Shown here one piece after another: positions 25,568 to 38,561 of a stretch of DNA of 64,000 nucleotides (positions within the stretch are counted from its first letter, which is position 1; each line of letters begins with the position of its first letter). The notes under the pieces are model-generated. The model searched no databases, had not been told where the DNA came from, and was given only the letters and a program-made list of their open reading frames with translations. The DNA is from Moniliella sp. 'wahieum' (Eukaryota). The stretch spans positions 1,612,001-1,676,000 of the forward strand of contig RSEE01000001.1 of the NCBI GenBank assembly GCA_003971905.1. Direction: 5' to 3'. The position numbers were made by a program, and so were the translations under genes.

Positions 25568-27477
25568 ATGCTGCCGTCGGTCGTGTGTGGTATGCATGCG
25601 AGCCGTGTGGTGCGTGCGCCGCTAAAGGTGGCCATTATCGGTGCTGGTCCTGCGGGGTGGTACACGGCGGGACGTCTGCTATCTGCGGTGCCGGGGTCAA
25701 GTGCGCACGGGTCGGAGCTCGCGGTGCACATGTACGAGCGGTTACCTGTGCCGTACGGGCTTGTGCGGTACGGGGTTGCGCCTGACCATCCCGACGTGCG
25801 CAACTGCGAGCACAAGTTTGCCCAGACGGCGCAGGACGCTCGACTGACGTTCCTTGGCAACGTGCGTGTCGGCACAGGCGGGACGGGGGACCGGTACGCG
25901 GCACATGCGTCCCACCTCTCCCTGACGGAACTGCGGCAGCACTACACGCACATTGTCTATACGTACGGAGCGTCGCTTCCGCGGGTGTTGGATGTTGCTG
26001 GGGCGGCCGGGCCGGGCCAGTTGGCACACGTGCACCCAGCGCTGGAATTTGTCAATTGGTACAACGGCCATCCTGCTGCGCACGATAAGTCGTTAGGTGC
26101 GCTTGCGGATGGGCGGGGCGCTGCGCCGCCGCCTGGCGCACGTCACATGGCCATCATTGGTGCCGGCAACGTGGCGTTGGATGTACTTCGTACGGTGTTG
26201 CGAGGGACGGGGGGACCGTTGAGCGTGGACGCGCCAGCGTACGAGGCACGCAAAGTGCTAGCCGAGACGGATGTGCCAGAACCTGTGTTGGCGGCGTTGG
26301 CTGCGACGCGGATTGAGCATGTGGATTTGTTTGCGCGGCGGGGTCCGGCTCACGTGGCGTTTACCAACAAGGAGTTACGTGAGTTGTTGCACATGCCTGG
26401 CACGGCACTTCGACCCATCGACCCAGCCTTGCTCGACCATGCCGACGCGGTTGTCGCGGCCGCTGGACAGGCCAAGTTATTGGACAAGGCTGAGCTGCGA
26501 GGAAAGGTACGCACACTCTCGTTGCTCCGACAGGCAAGTAAGGTACCTTTCCCCCCTCCCCCCGGTGGGCGCAGCTGGGGGATCGAATTTTACCACCAAC
26601 CGCACGCCTTGCTTGGTTCCCCTTCTTCATCTTCTCCTTCCTCTTCTCCTTCTTCTTCTTCCTCTTCTTCCCTTGCCGACCGCCAAGCGGTGCACGAGGT
26701 AGAGTGGACCGCACGCACTCGGTTCCTGGCGCGTCGTTGGAACAGCAAGGCGAGCCTCGTGCCAAGGTCGTTCCCACCGGGGAGAAGGTACTACTCGAGC
26801 CGACTTTGTCGTGGCCAGCATTGGGTACCAGTCCGAGCCCCTCGTTCCGCCCGGGCAAGAAGCCCTTGATTTGGCCGGCACGACGGGCCGCCCTAGCGAG
26901 GACCGCAACACGAGTACGAGCACGAACAAGAGCAAGGACGAGGACGAGGAGTTCCCATTTGATGCGCGGCGCAGCCTTGTGCCCAACACGGATGGGCGGA
27001 TCTCAGGGCGGCAGGGGGAATACGTGGCGGGGTGGCTGGCGCGTGGGCCAACGGGTGTGTTGGGCGCGACGATGTATGGCGCATACGATACGGCGGACGC
27101 GGTGCTAGCGGATTGGCAGCAAGGTATCAGCGTCTGTTCTTCTCCGCCGCCTGGGCTGCCTGTGTCGCTACAGCAGCCAGTGCACAAGGTGGTGTCGTCG
27201 GCCGACTGGCGGCGGATTGACCAGGCCGAGGTGGAGCGCGGCGCTAAGCTAGGCAAGGCGCGCGAGAAGTTCTTGAGTACGTGCTGCGCGGGCGGCGAGG
27301 CGAGGACGGGCCCGGGCCCGGTCTGGATCTGGATCTGGATCTGGATCTGGATCTGGATCTGGATCTGGATCTGGATCTGGATCCAGATCTGGGCCCGGGG
27401 ACGAGGTGTGCATGGATGGCTGACTTGCTCTGGTTTGCTCGGCAGCGGTGCGTGAGATGCTGGAGGTGGTGTCGTGA
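25568..27477 (+). CDS. ARH1: NADPH:adrenodoxin oxidoreductase, mitochondrial
   Basis: VAIIGAGPAG, ERLPVPYGLVRYGVAPDHPDV, IIGAGNVALD, RRGPAHVAFTNKELREL, GWLARGPTGV, GKAREKFL. Intron 27277-27445, last exon VREMLEVVS*. Frameshifts near 26710-26810. Confidence 0.93.
27323..27390. repeat. (GGATCT)n microsatellite in the ARH1 intron
   Basis: About 11 hexamer copies. Similar arrays occur near 38230 and 44035. Confidence 0.9.
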
Positions 27478-27915
27478 GGCGTCTTGCCGCGCGCCAGCAG
27501 ACGCGGGTGGACGATCGCTGGGCCATGATCCTCGACGTGACCCTCGACAAGATTCTCGACATAATTCTCGACATAATTCTCCACGTGATTCTCGCCATGC
27601 TCCTCGCCATGATCCTCTCCATGCCTGTGGGATACGTGGTGAGCATGCTCCTCTCCGTCGTCGCTATTCACTGCTCCGTTACCATCATCTGGATCCACTG
27701 TGCTGCAATCGTGTCTGCCCAGCCGAGGCGGTTTCCGAAGCGGCCCATAGCCCGTAGTCACGTGCCCGCCACCCGGCCCAAGTTTTCAAATTGCAGCGTG
27801 CTTCTTCGCGTTGCTTCGGCCAGAGTCGCTGTCCGAATCATTCATCACGAATGATGGGCTAACCTACCCGTTGGTCGCACCACCACCACCACATCCATCC
27901 TTCCCGGCTTGCACG

Positions 27916-29616
27916 ATGCTGCGGGCGGCTTCTAAGCTGGCTGCGCCCACAGGCATCCAGGCTGCCCGGCCTACACGCCCTCTGCCGCCCCTGCGCCTGC
28001 GGGGCGCAGCGCAACCCTCTGTCTTCGCCGCGCCACTGAGCACCACGCCCCTTCTTGCTTCTCGCCACCGCTCCGACCGCCCTCGCTTCTCCCGCTTCCC
28101 CGCTCCCAACCAAGGTGCCCGTGCTCCGCTTGGAGATCGGAAGACACCGGCTCGGGTCCAAGCTGAGCCTGTCCATCCCACGTCCTGGGGGGCATCGTCC
28201 GAGATGCCGCCGCTTCCGCCCGAACTGCGTGCTCCCGTGGTGGTGCCTGACGATCCTGGGAGTTCTGTCCCTGACGTCCGACCCTGGGTGGGCAAGGTAC
28301 TTGGCCAGAGCGCACTGATCGTTACCCGTCAACTCGAGTTTCTCAATCTGTTTGTCGGGTTTGAGCAAGCGAACAAGTATGCGCTGTTGACGCCCGATGG
28401 CCAACCTGCTGGCTACTTGGCGGAGGAAGGTGTTTCGCTTACATCTTCGCTCAAGCGTAACTTTTTCACCACTTCCCGTCCGTTTACCGCCACGCTTTTT
28501 TCTGCCCAGGGAACACCCTTGCTCCTCTTCCGACGCGGATTCACCCTGATCAATTCGGCCGTGCAAGTGTTTCGGCTGGACCCGGCGTGGAACGGGGCAG
28601 GGTACGGTGCTCGGGCACAAGAGGTTCCTGCTACTGACGGAGAGTCGAGGCAGCGAACCAGGCGGGGATGCAATTAATTGGCGAGTCACGACAAGTGTGG
28701 CACATGTGGCGGAGAAAGTACGAGTTGTTCCAAGCGAGGCCGGAGGAGGCGGCACCGTCAGGCCAAGCGGGGCAAGAAGTGCTAGCACAATTCGCCAAGG
28801 TGGATGCGCCCGTGCTGAGCTGGGACTTCACCATGGTCAACAAGCAAGACCAGTTGCTAGGCGACATTAGCCGCAATTTCCGTGGCTTGCAAGAATTCTT
28901 TACGGACACAGGGCAGTATGTGCTACGGTTCGACGCGGTAGCCAACGAGCCCGAGCAGGACGCTGAGGCTTCCAAGGCCGCTGCACGACTTGGCTCGGCG
29001 CCTGGCCTAGCTACAGGCCGAGAAGTTGTGCCTGTCCAACCGACCGGGAGCTTGACCCTGGACCAAAGGGCTACCGCCCTAGCCACCGCCATCTCCATTG
29101 ACTTTGACTTTTTCTCTCGGCACAGTTCCCACGGTTCGGGATTTGGCTTTCCTCTGTTTTTCCCCATCCCTGGTGCGGGTCCTGTCGCTGGAACTGAAGC
29201 GGGAGCCGGAGCTGCGGGCGTAGGCTCCGAGGTGGGCGCTGGCGCTGCCGGCTCAGCAGCCGAAGCTGGGGCTGGAGCTGCGGCTGGCGCCGCCGCAGCT
29301 GGATACGGCTGGGGTCAGCATCCAGGCCAATGGGGTCAAGCGCACCGCCCCCGCCGGCTGCTTCAGGCGATCCCAGTTCCAATCCCAATACGGATACGGG
29401 CATGACCGATCCTTGGTCCTCCGGGTCATCTTCAGCTTCGCCCTGGGCGCTGAAGCGCCTTCGTCAGGCTGGCCTGGCAGTCCGGATACCGGCGTGGGCG
29501 GGGAACAAGTGTGGGGCGATCAAGATCCTTGGTCTGACTCTAACGACTCGGGTGATGGCGAGGGGGGCGGAGGAGGATTGCTACAAGGTCTTTGGGATTC
29601 GTTTACGGACGAATAA
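27916..29616 (+). CDS. Scramblase-family protein (Aim25-like)
   Basis: LIVTRQLEFLNLFVGFEQANKYALL, WHMWRRKYELF, FFTDTGQYVLRFD, LTLDQRATALATAISIDFDFFSRHS. Arg/Ala-rich presequence-like N-terminus; frameshifts. Confidence 0.85.
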
Positions 29617-29662
29617 CCAAGATGAATAACCAAGACAAATAACCAAGACGAATAACCAAGAC
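29608..29662. repeat. 13-bp tandem repeat (GAATAACCAAGAC), ~4 copies, overlapping the scramblase stop
   Basis: Directly visible. Confidence 0.85.
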
Positions 29663-29794
29663 CCCACCTATTCTACTTTATCTACGTGCCATGACATAAA
29701 ACCACTGGTAAGATCCAAGTCGAGACCCTAAGGCTAAAGGCTAAAGGCTCGGACTCTCCCTGGGAGGGCAGTATGAGTAGAGGAGTAGATAGGA

Positions 29795-31715
29795 CTATGC
29801 AGTGGGAGCCGGGGGATCTTGGGCAGCAGCGGCCGCCGCTGCAGCTTGCTGTGCGGCCAACTTGGCTTTGGTCCGTTTCAAGATGGCCAGGTTCGAGGTC
29901 CCGTTTTTAGTGCCGCGCGGCCTGCGAATCTGCATGCCGTGCCGCGGCGTCCATGGGCCGCGCGACTCGTTGGCGTAAAAGTCCATGGGGTAATCGCCCC
30001 AGTCTGGGTCCTGCGTCTGCTTCTGCTTCTGGGCTTCTCCCGACGAAGGCGCAGGCGCAGGGGGAGGGGCAGAGGCTGGACCTGGACGTGGACCTGGGGC
30101 AGGCGACAACGAAGGGACTTGGACTGGGGTGCATCCTCCACCGTAGTGGCAGCCACTGCCAACGGTTTACGTTGCATGCCCAACCCGCTCACCCCCTCGT
30201 TCCACCCCTGCGTGACACCCAGGGCAACCGCCGCCTCGTAGGGCGACAAGAGAGGTTTGGGGAACGCGCCGCCCCAATCGATCGATAAGCGTGGGCAGGA
30301 TGTCTGGACATACGTCGCGATGTGCGCGCCAAACAGCGAAAGCTTTTGTGGTGACAGTTCCGAGAGCAGAATAGGAATCGAGGGAATGGGCACGGGGTCG
30401 GGCCGTCCAGAGGGACGGTAGGTAGCCAGTAAGGTGCGAATGTGGTCCAGGACTTTGACTGAGCCTTGGCGCCCCAGCGTGCCTAATACGACGGCCCAAG
30501 CGGGAGCAGGTGGGGAGACGGGGGAGGAGCAAGGTGGAGGAGCGAGGTGGGTCGAGGTAGGGGCAGTGTCGGTCTCGATGGAGGAGGGCGCAGGGAGGGC
30601 GGGGTAAGAAGATGATGCCAATGGCGAAGGCGAAGGCGAAGGAAGCGTGGAAAAGGCGAGGGAGTGCTGTGCGGTGCGGACCGCATCGGAGCGGACATGG
30701 CGCATCGACGCGTGGTCATAGAGTTCCCGCATGAATCGTTTGGTGTAGGGGTCGTATCGGAAGGCAGGGATGCGAGGATTGGCAATCATGATGCTCTCTA
30801 GGTGAAAGCGGCCATCGCCCACGTACAAGATCGCATCGACGGTGCTGGCATCGAGACGAGGACTTGTGCAGCCCAACACCTCTCTGGGGAGAGCGGCTTG
30901 ATCTGGGGAATGGTGACTTGGTACGCTCCACTGCTCATCCGGCAACCACACTGTCCTGTTCCCCGACGCGGGCGCACAGCCAGCATCGGCCTCGGCGGCA
31001 GTGATGCGCAGCTGCGCCGTCTGCTGCGGCAGATCAGGGAGCACAAGAGGTTGGACCAGCGCGTCGTACAGCTGCTGCACGGCCGAGATGAATTGGACCG
31101 TTCCTACTAAGGCCAAGTGGGTGCGCGGGGCAGAGGTAGAGGCAGAAGCAGAATCATGTTCCTTTGGCTCGCTGCTGCCCGCCTCGAGGGAGATGTCGAG
31201 CTGGGGTCGCGCGGCAGCGGGGAGAGCAGGGGCGCCGAGGATGGCCTCGCGGAATCGTTGGCGCTCAGCAGGGAAGTTGGCACGAACAGTGTGGGCGAGG
31301 TGGATGGGATCGAGGGCGATCTCAACAAAGACGTAGAGCGTGCGGATGCGGGTCTGGTCGACGGGCACGAGGCACGAGTGGCCATAATGGATGAGCAGGT
31401 CGCACCCGAGCGCCAGGGCAGTGTAGTCGTCGACGCAGCATGCGCCATACGTGACGTCGCCCATGATGGTCATCTGTGCGCCGGTGAAGCGCTCGAGGAT
31501 GTCGGCGATGGCGGTGGCCCAGAGAGGCCCTCGGGCATCTGGAGCGCGACGCTGGTGGCGGCGTGGGTGCGGATGTGGTGGACGCTCTTGTGGATCTCAA
31601 AGTTGTAGGCGGCGGGCAGGACGGCAGCGATGGCGGTGTTGAGCTCCTCGTCGTGGAGTACGTCGGCGGGCACGCCGGCGACGCTCATCAGCGTCGTGGC
31701 GGCGGGGGCGGCCAT
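29795..31715 (-). CDS. DPH1: Diphthamide biosynthesis protein 1
   Basis: [75 protein letters not shown]. Frameshifts. Confidence 0.95.
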
Positions 31716-31892
31716 GGCAGCGGCGGTGGGTTAGTACTACTTAGTGAGGGGGGCATGAAGCGTGAAGGCGCCGCGAAAAAAAATCAGGCCGGCGTCGGGC
31801 GGCGGAACGGGGCGGCGGTTCCGCCCAGTCACGTGGGGTGCGCCCCCCCTGATATGCCCCACAAATACTTCTCCAATCATCTTATCACCGCC

Positions 31893-33329
31893 ATGCCGCC
31901 GCGCGCGCCGCCCCCCCCATCCCCGCGCTCAGCGCCGTCGAGCTCAGCCGCGCCATCCGCTCCCGCCGGCTCAGCTGCCGGCAGGTCATGCAGGCCTACC
32001 TCGACCACATCCACACCGCCAACGCAGACGTCACCGCGCTCGTCGCCTTCCGCCCCACCACCCAGCTCCTCGCCGACGCCGACGCCCACGACCGCCTCCT
32101 CGACGCCGGCACGTGGCTCGGCCCGCTGCACGGCATCCCCATGGCGCCCAAGGACATCCCCCCGTCCAGGGCATGCGCACCACCCTTGGCTGCTCCGTCT
32201 TTGCCGACCGCGTGACCGGGCGCGACGAGCTGTTCGTCGCCCGTCTCCGCCGCGCGGGCGCCATCTTCCTCGCCCGTACCACCTGTCCCGAACTCGGCCT
32301 GGGCTCGCACACCTACAGCCGCGTCTGGGGCCGCACCGGCAACGCGTTCAACCCCCCCTGTCTCCAGGGGCAGCTCGGGCGGGGCGGCGGTCGCCTTGGC
32401 CCGGCACATGCTCCCTCTGGCAGATGGGTCGGACGCGATGGGCTCGCTGCGCAACCCGGCGGCGTGGAACCAAGTGTACGGGTTCCGGCCGAGCACCGAC
32501 GTGGTCCCCTCCAACCCAGGTGCGGGCGACCTGTTCACACCTTCGTTTGCTGTCAATGGCCCTATGGCCCGCACACCCGCCGACTTGGAACTGCTGTTCC
32601 GCGTCATGGCCGGGCCTGAGAAACGTAACCCGTACAGTCTGCCCCTCGGTCCATCCCAAGACGTGTTACCGCCGCGACTCAAGGTGGGCTGGTTGGGGGA
32701 CCTAGGTGGCCACTTGGCCATCGAGCCGGACCTGCTTGCCTTTGCCCGGTCCCAAACTGATCGCATGGCTGCCCTCGCCCGCCCCGTCGACGTTCACCCC
32801 GTCACGGTCGCATTTGACTTTGATGCGCTCTGGACCGCCTGGACAACGCTGCGGCACGTGTCGGTTGTCGACGGTGCGCGCGTTGGGGCTGAGCGAGGCG
32901 CAACGGCGTGAACACTGCAAGCCCGAACTCAATTGGGAAGTGGAGCAAGGGTTGAAGGTGACGCTGAACGAGGTAGGGGCAGCGAACCGGGTACGAACCA
33001 AGTGGTGGCGTACGCTGCTCCGCTTGTTTGATCAGTACGACTTTATTGTTTTGCCCAGTACGCAAACCTGGCCGTTTCCCAAAGAGTGGGACTGGCCGAA
33101 GGAGGTGGCGGGACGCACGATGGACACCTACCATCGTTGGATGGAAGTGGTGGTGCCTGCCTCGATGGCCGGCGTGCCCGCGGTCAATGTCCCCATTGGC
33201 TTTCTGCATGACAACCCCGACAAGCCCGCGGGGATCCAAGTGCTGGCGCCCAAGGGGGAGGACGGGACATTGTTGGCTCTGCTGTATGAGCTGCATCCGT
33301 TGTACCAGCCTGCCCAGGCCCATCTCTAA
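31893..33329 (+). CDS. Amidase-signature family amidase, bacterial type, intronless
   Basis: GPLHGIPMAPKD, GSSG, ADGSDAMGSLRNPAAWNQVYGFRPS (Ser-cisSer-Lys triad motifs), MDTYHRWMEVVVPASMAG. Ends AHL*. Frameshifts. Confidence 0.9.
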
Positions 33330-33674
33330 TTATTCCCCTCTGCACATTGCTGGGGCAACAGGCCGTCCAGGTGGGAAGGGTGGGGATTCATGATGCGTAC
33401 GAATCGTGCGTCACGACAGAGGAGGTAGCACAGCAAAGAATTTGTATAGTTGGTTCAGTTGTCATGTGGCATGGAACAGCGAAGGGGCAACCCCTTGGCA
33501 CATGGGTCCGGGTCCAGGTCCAGGTCCAGGTCCATCCATACCAACACCCAACATTCTCTTCGTCCATGCCAGTTCTCACCCATATCATCCCCGTCTCGCC
33601 ATTTCCCACGAACAAAGGTGTTTGTGGGGCCACAGCAGCGCGCGATCCAGGCTTCTGGGTGGTATCATAATGGA

Positions 33675-35395
33675 TTACAGTTGGCTACTGAGCAGCACCT
33701 CGTTCACGCGGTTGAGCCAAGCGCGTGCCGGGCCTGCGCTCCCGACCACAGGGTGAAGAGCCGGATCAGAGAGCATCCATTGGGCCTCCTGCGGATCGAG
33801 TCTTTGGTCAACGTAGAAGCATGCTCCGCCAACGCATCAATGATCGGATCCGAATCCGAATCCGAATCTGCATCCGGATCGGAATCTGAATCGTTCCCGG
33901 GCGTGGAGCGGGACTGGGAGGTAGCTAGCCCAGGCACCACAGGAACCCGATGCTCGTTGAGCAACAGCGCCAACAACGCCACGTAGATCGCCCCGGCCGC
34001 GTGCACGCTACTAGGCGACAGGGAGGAAACGACGATCCCCTTGCCTAGAGTCAAGTCCACCTGACCTGCAACCAAAGCTTGCTCCGTACGGGTCTGTGCG
34101 TGCGCATACCACCAAGAGGTAAGGTTACGTCGGTGAGTATTGTCGTCCCAGGCAGTCAGAAAGACGGGGAGGGGTCTCACGTACAATCACGCTTCGCAAC
34201 GCCGAGTTGAATTTGGGCAGGCTTCGCTTGCCTAGTGGCAACCCGAGAGAAAGCACGTTCGGCTGTGGGTTGGGAGAGGTAGAGGCTTGGCCACGTTGGT
34301 TTCTCTGTGATGGACAAGGTTTGCAGTGTGTCGGAGAGGTCGGGGTCGAAGGGATCGTCCACGCGAATGATCAAGCCGGCGGTTGGGTGCTGCTGTTGAT
34401 CTTGTTCCAACGTGCCCCGGCGAAGGACAAGGCAAGATGACGTCAAGGTTCCCTCGATTCCTTGGGAGGCAGAAGAACTGGGTTCCTGCTCAGCAGCCAG
34501 GGTGGGAACAAACCATTCGTTCCCCTTGGCCTGATCAGCAAGACCGCGGATCAAGTGCTGCATCTCATCGTCCTTGGCCTCAAGGAGAGCGGTATGGTTC
34601 TGCTCGTCCCACCAAGCTGCCGGGGTCAACCCCAAGGCCCAATTCTCATGGTCATCCCCAGCGCCTTGCATGTATACAAACGTCCTTCCTGGCATGCTGG
34701 AAGAATGGGCGTAAGCCATCCCCCCTCTTGTTGGACGCGACACCGAGAGGCACACGACCGGGGCAAACGCGATGTGGCTCAAGTCCGGCAGTGCGTCCAC
34801 CGAGCTGGCGTGAGAAAAAGTGGGCGAAGCGGTTTGGTCAACTTTGGCACCGTCAAATCCGACGCGAGCAAACTTTCGGCCCAGGAATCGATCTTGGCCT
34901 GGATCTGGGCATGCTCACTTGCGCTCACTGCTTCCGCCGACGTATGCAGGCCGGCATCGGGCCAGTGCGTGCCATACAACTTGGACGATGCAGCGTTGAG
35001 CACAGCACACCAAATGGGGATCGTCTTGCTCAGTGCATCGGGCAACTTTTACCGCGGCGAGTCGAGTCAGCAATGATCAGTCCGCCTGCGTGGGTGAGAA
35101 GGGGCAGGAGGTGGAGGTTGTTGCGCTTGAGGGAAAATGACCATTGGTTGGTGTGGCCATCGGTCGACTTGAAGTAGCTTGTGGCCGAGGTGAGCTTGGG
35201 CGGGGTATACCAAGCCCCGCAGCGCAGGTTGGCTACGAGGGCGAGGTGTGGCCAGTGCTGGGCGATGCGGCGGACGAAGAGGGCATCCTCTTCGATCGAC
35301 AGGAGCCGGTGGGAGGGCGTGCGGGAGATCTTGCGGATCTCGGCGGCGGCCAACTTGTCGAGTTGGTTGCGGCTCAGCCCGCCAACATCCTCCAT
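33675..35395 (-). CDS. RIT1: Initiator tRNA A64-2'-O-ribosylphosphate transferase
   Basis: LVANLRCGAWY, YFKSTDGH, DSTRRGK, MPDALSKTIPIWCAVLN, KPLRP, YMQGAGDDHENW. C-terminus LNRVNEVLLSSQL*. Frameshifts. Confidence 0.92.
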
Positions 35396-35681
35396 GGCTG
35401 TGCCGTGCTTGTGCGTGTGCGTAATGGGGGGGAGGTGGTGGTTGCCTCGTGTCCTGACCCGCTTGAGGGGAAGAAGGCCAGCCAGTTGATGTCGCCAAAG
35501 GCCAGCAAGCATCACCTAACTGACTTGGTCTAGCAAAAAAAATGGCCGTCTTCGGTGCGTTCAAGTTTCAAACGCAATCCATCCATCGAGCCCTCCGACC
35601 GACCGGCCAACCAATCATCGCGATCATCCATCCAACACGTCTGCCCGGGTGCAACCGACCACCTCGGCCCGGACCACCACC

Positions 35682-36569
35682 ATGTCCGCCTCGCTCCTTG
35701 CGCGCCGACTAGCTTCGACGTCCGTGCCGCGCCTCGGCTCTGCGCAGCTGCACACCAGTGCCTCGGGATGGGAAGGCCACGGAACTGCGCCGTACGACAC
35801 GGCGCGACTGGTTGCGCGTCTGCAGCAGGCTGGCGTAGCGGCAAGCAAGCGGATGCGCTTGCCTCGGCTTTGCGCGATACGATCAACGATAGTTTTGCCA
35901 CGGTCGAGCGGGACTTGGTATCGCGACCCGAGGCTGCCAAGTGGCAGTTGGCACGAAAGACGGACTTTGCTCAGCTCAAATCGGAGATGCAGTTGTTGGA
36001 GCACAACGATTTTGCAGTGATGAAGACGGCTCACGAACGTCTGATGAGCGACATTGATCGTGTCAAGGTCAAGTTGCGCGAAGATATCAATCGTACCCAG
36101 GCTGGAGTGAGACTGGACCTCAATCTGGAAAAGGGTACGTACCTCTCTCTCTCTGGCGCTGGGGCGCTGAGGTGGGACGTGTGTGGGTACCATGCTAACT
36201 TTGCTGCGTTAACGGTCGTCGTCTCGTAACCCAGGCCGCATCCGAGACGAATCGTCAGTTCATGCGCTCAAGATCAAAGAGATTGAAACCCGAATCGAGG
36301 CTGAGATTGCACAGCTGAGAACGAGATTCAAAGTGCCAGATTCAGTGTCATGCAAGTACGTCTTTTTCTTCTTCTTTTCTTGTTTTCCTTTCTTGCTCCT
36401 CCTCCTCGCCCCTTCCTATTCTCTTTCCATACCCTCTCTTCTCCAGTCCCATGGTCCGCTAACGTGTGGGGGTGGAATCGTTTGCCCTTGGAATCCGCTG
36501 CAGTACTTGTTTGGGGTCACGACCGGCGCGGCAGCGTTGTTGTTGGCGTACTTGCGCATGTTTACCTGA
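35682..36569 (+). CDS. DUF1640 / CCDC90-MCUR1-like mitochondrial coiled-coil membrane protein (Fmp32-like)
   Basis: YDTARLVARLQQAG, DFAQLKSE, AGVRLDLNLEKG|RIRDE, terminal YLFGVTTGAAALLLAYLRMFT. Introns 36135-36234 and 36356-36503. Confidence 0.88.
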
Positions 36570-37278
36570 CACTCTCGGTTCGGTTGTCTTGTGTCTCGTA
36601 CTTATCGTATCCTATCGTATCCTATCCTATCGGATCGGATCGGATCTCTGTTGCCTCCATCCTTCCACCCCATGGCCCATACCCACTTTCTTTCTGTTTC
36701 CAAGGACCCCGTACTTGACTTATTTGGATACTGTCTTGCCTCGTGCGTTCTTACTGACTCGGGGGATACTGGGCGCCTCTACCCCTCTGCGCCTGTGAGA
36801 CCCGCCTGGCTTCTGCCCCGCCGTGCAAGGCTGGGGTGCATGTGCCTGACGAGCCTGTCATATCGCAGCCACGAGGTGGACCGGTGTACGCTTTCCTCGG
36901 TAGCTGAACGTACCCAGCTCAGGACTCAGGACTCAGTACTGAGTCGCGACCCGATCTAGATCTAGACAAAGCCATAATCTCGTTTTCTCCCGTCTGACCG
37001 CAGCCCCTCTTCTTCCTTTTGGATCCCCAACCCTGGTTGAGGCTGAATGTTCGATACATGGGTAGGAGCGTTGGTGGTGCGGGGGTTGATCTGGGAAGAC
37101 AGTTTCTTTTGTTGTAGCTGGATCACTCAAAGGGTTCGGCCTTGTCTGGTTGATTGTGGTAGCCCAGGTACGACAAAGGGTTACAAGCGGGTCAAGCGGG
37201 TCAGGGGTCAATCTGGTCAAGCGAGACAAGCATGGCGCGCTTATCTTTACCTTGGATAGGTACCTTTGCCGTCAAGCA

Positions 37279-37376
37279 GCGGCTGTAGTTTAAAGGTAGA
37301 ATTTTAGCCTTCCACGTTGCGTGCAAGCACCAACAGGGGGCAGCTGAAGGTTCGGGTTCGATTCCCGGCGGCCGCA
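37279..37376 (+). tRNA. tRNA-Gly(TCC) with 27-nt intron (37315-37341)
   Basis: Acceptor GCGGCTG/CGGCCGC, anticodon stem TTAGC/GCTGA, TCC at 37311-37313, T-arm TCGGG-TTCGATT-CCCGG, poly-T terminator. Confidence 0.9.
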
Positions 37377-38561
37377 CCTTTTTGATTTTTCGTCTTTCGT
37401 TTTTTTGGGAGGCCTACTCGAAAAATCTATACGCACAGTGCCATGTGCCACAACAGTACAAATACAGAAGTAGCAACTATAGTCTGTAGAAGGGGTGTTG
37501 CGCGGAGTCTCAACCATTGGTCCCTCTGTGGCCATTGCATTACGCATTACGCATGATCGACATGATCAGTACTCAGTGCCAGGTGCACGTCCTGATTTAC
37601 TTCCACCTGTTTGCACCAGCGCGCGTACTCCTCGATATATCTACGCAGTGGTCCCTTCAATGGTACCGTGCGCTATAGAACGGTAGCGCGTGCACGAGCA
37701 CCGACGCGCCCAAACCTGTACCCGAGACCTGAGCTACTGCTCTGGTTCAACTTGGTGGCTCTCAAGGGGGGGTTCTGAGGCCTGAGGCCTGAGGCCTGAT
37801 CTCAGGTCTGAGGCCTGGCCATTAATCATGGACCGGTCCCGCTGACCCTGCTCACGCCGAGAGACAGCTGTGCTTGTGCCATGTGCCAGTGCCAGTGCCA
37901 TGTGCCGTGTGCCATGTGCCATGTGCCGTGTGCCATGTGCCGTGTGCGGGACAGGACGAGCAGGACAGGATAGAGCAGGACATAACAGGACATACAATAC
38001 AATTGCGGACCTATTAGGAGGGGAAAGTGTCATGCGGCAGCCACGTCCCGAGCCCGTACCACAAACACGAGCACGAGCACGAACACGAGCACGAGCACGA
38101 ACACGAGCACGAGCAGGAGGAGTAGGAGTAGGAGTAGGAGGAGAAGTAGCAAAATAAGCAGAGCGGGTGGGAGGGGGGGGGGAAGCAACTGCCCTCGAAC
38201 CAACCGGCCAGGGTCGGGGCCATGGCCATCCAAATCCAAATCCAGATCCAGATCCAGATCCAAATCCAAATCCAAAGCACTATCAGGGTTCATGAACCTG
38301 AACCTGACTGTTCTCCTGTGTCCGAGGTACCATCCCACCCTAAAGGGGCGCAAGGATGGGAGGAACGCACGCCACACAACCCCGTAGGCAACACAAGCCG
38401 CACAATCCGCGCACACCACGCACGGAGTGGGAAGAGTGCAACGCGTAGACCCAAGGGGGAAACGGGGGTAAGATACGCAGGGGGGGGGGGGACGAAGCAG
38501 AGTATGCTAGTGACGTGGTGGAGCGTCAGGTCCAGGATTGGGGGTAAGGTGATATCGAACC

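Noticed and set aside
29795..35395. DPH1-amidase-RIT1 as a functional translation-modification cluster
   Set aside because: Adjacency alone is not evidence in a fungal genome, and no shared pathway links them.
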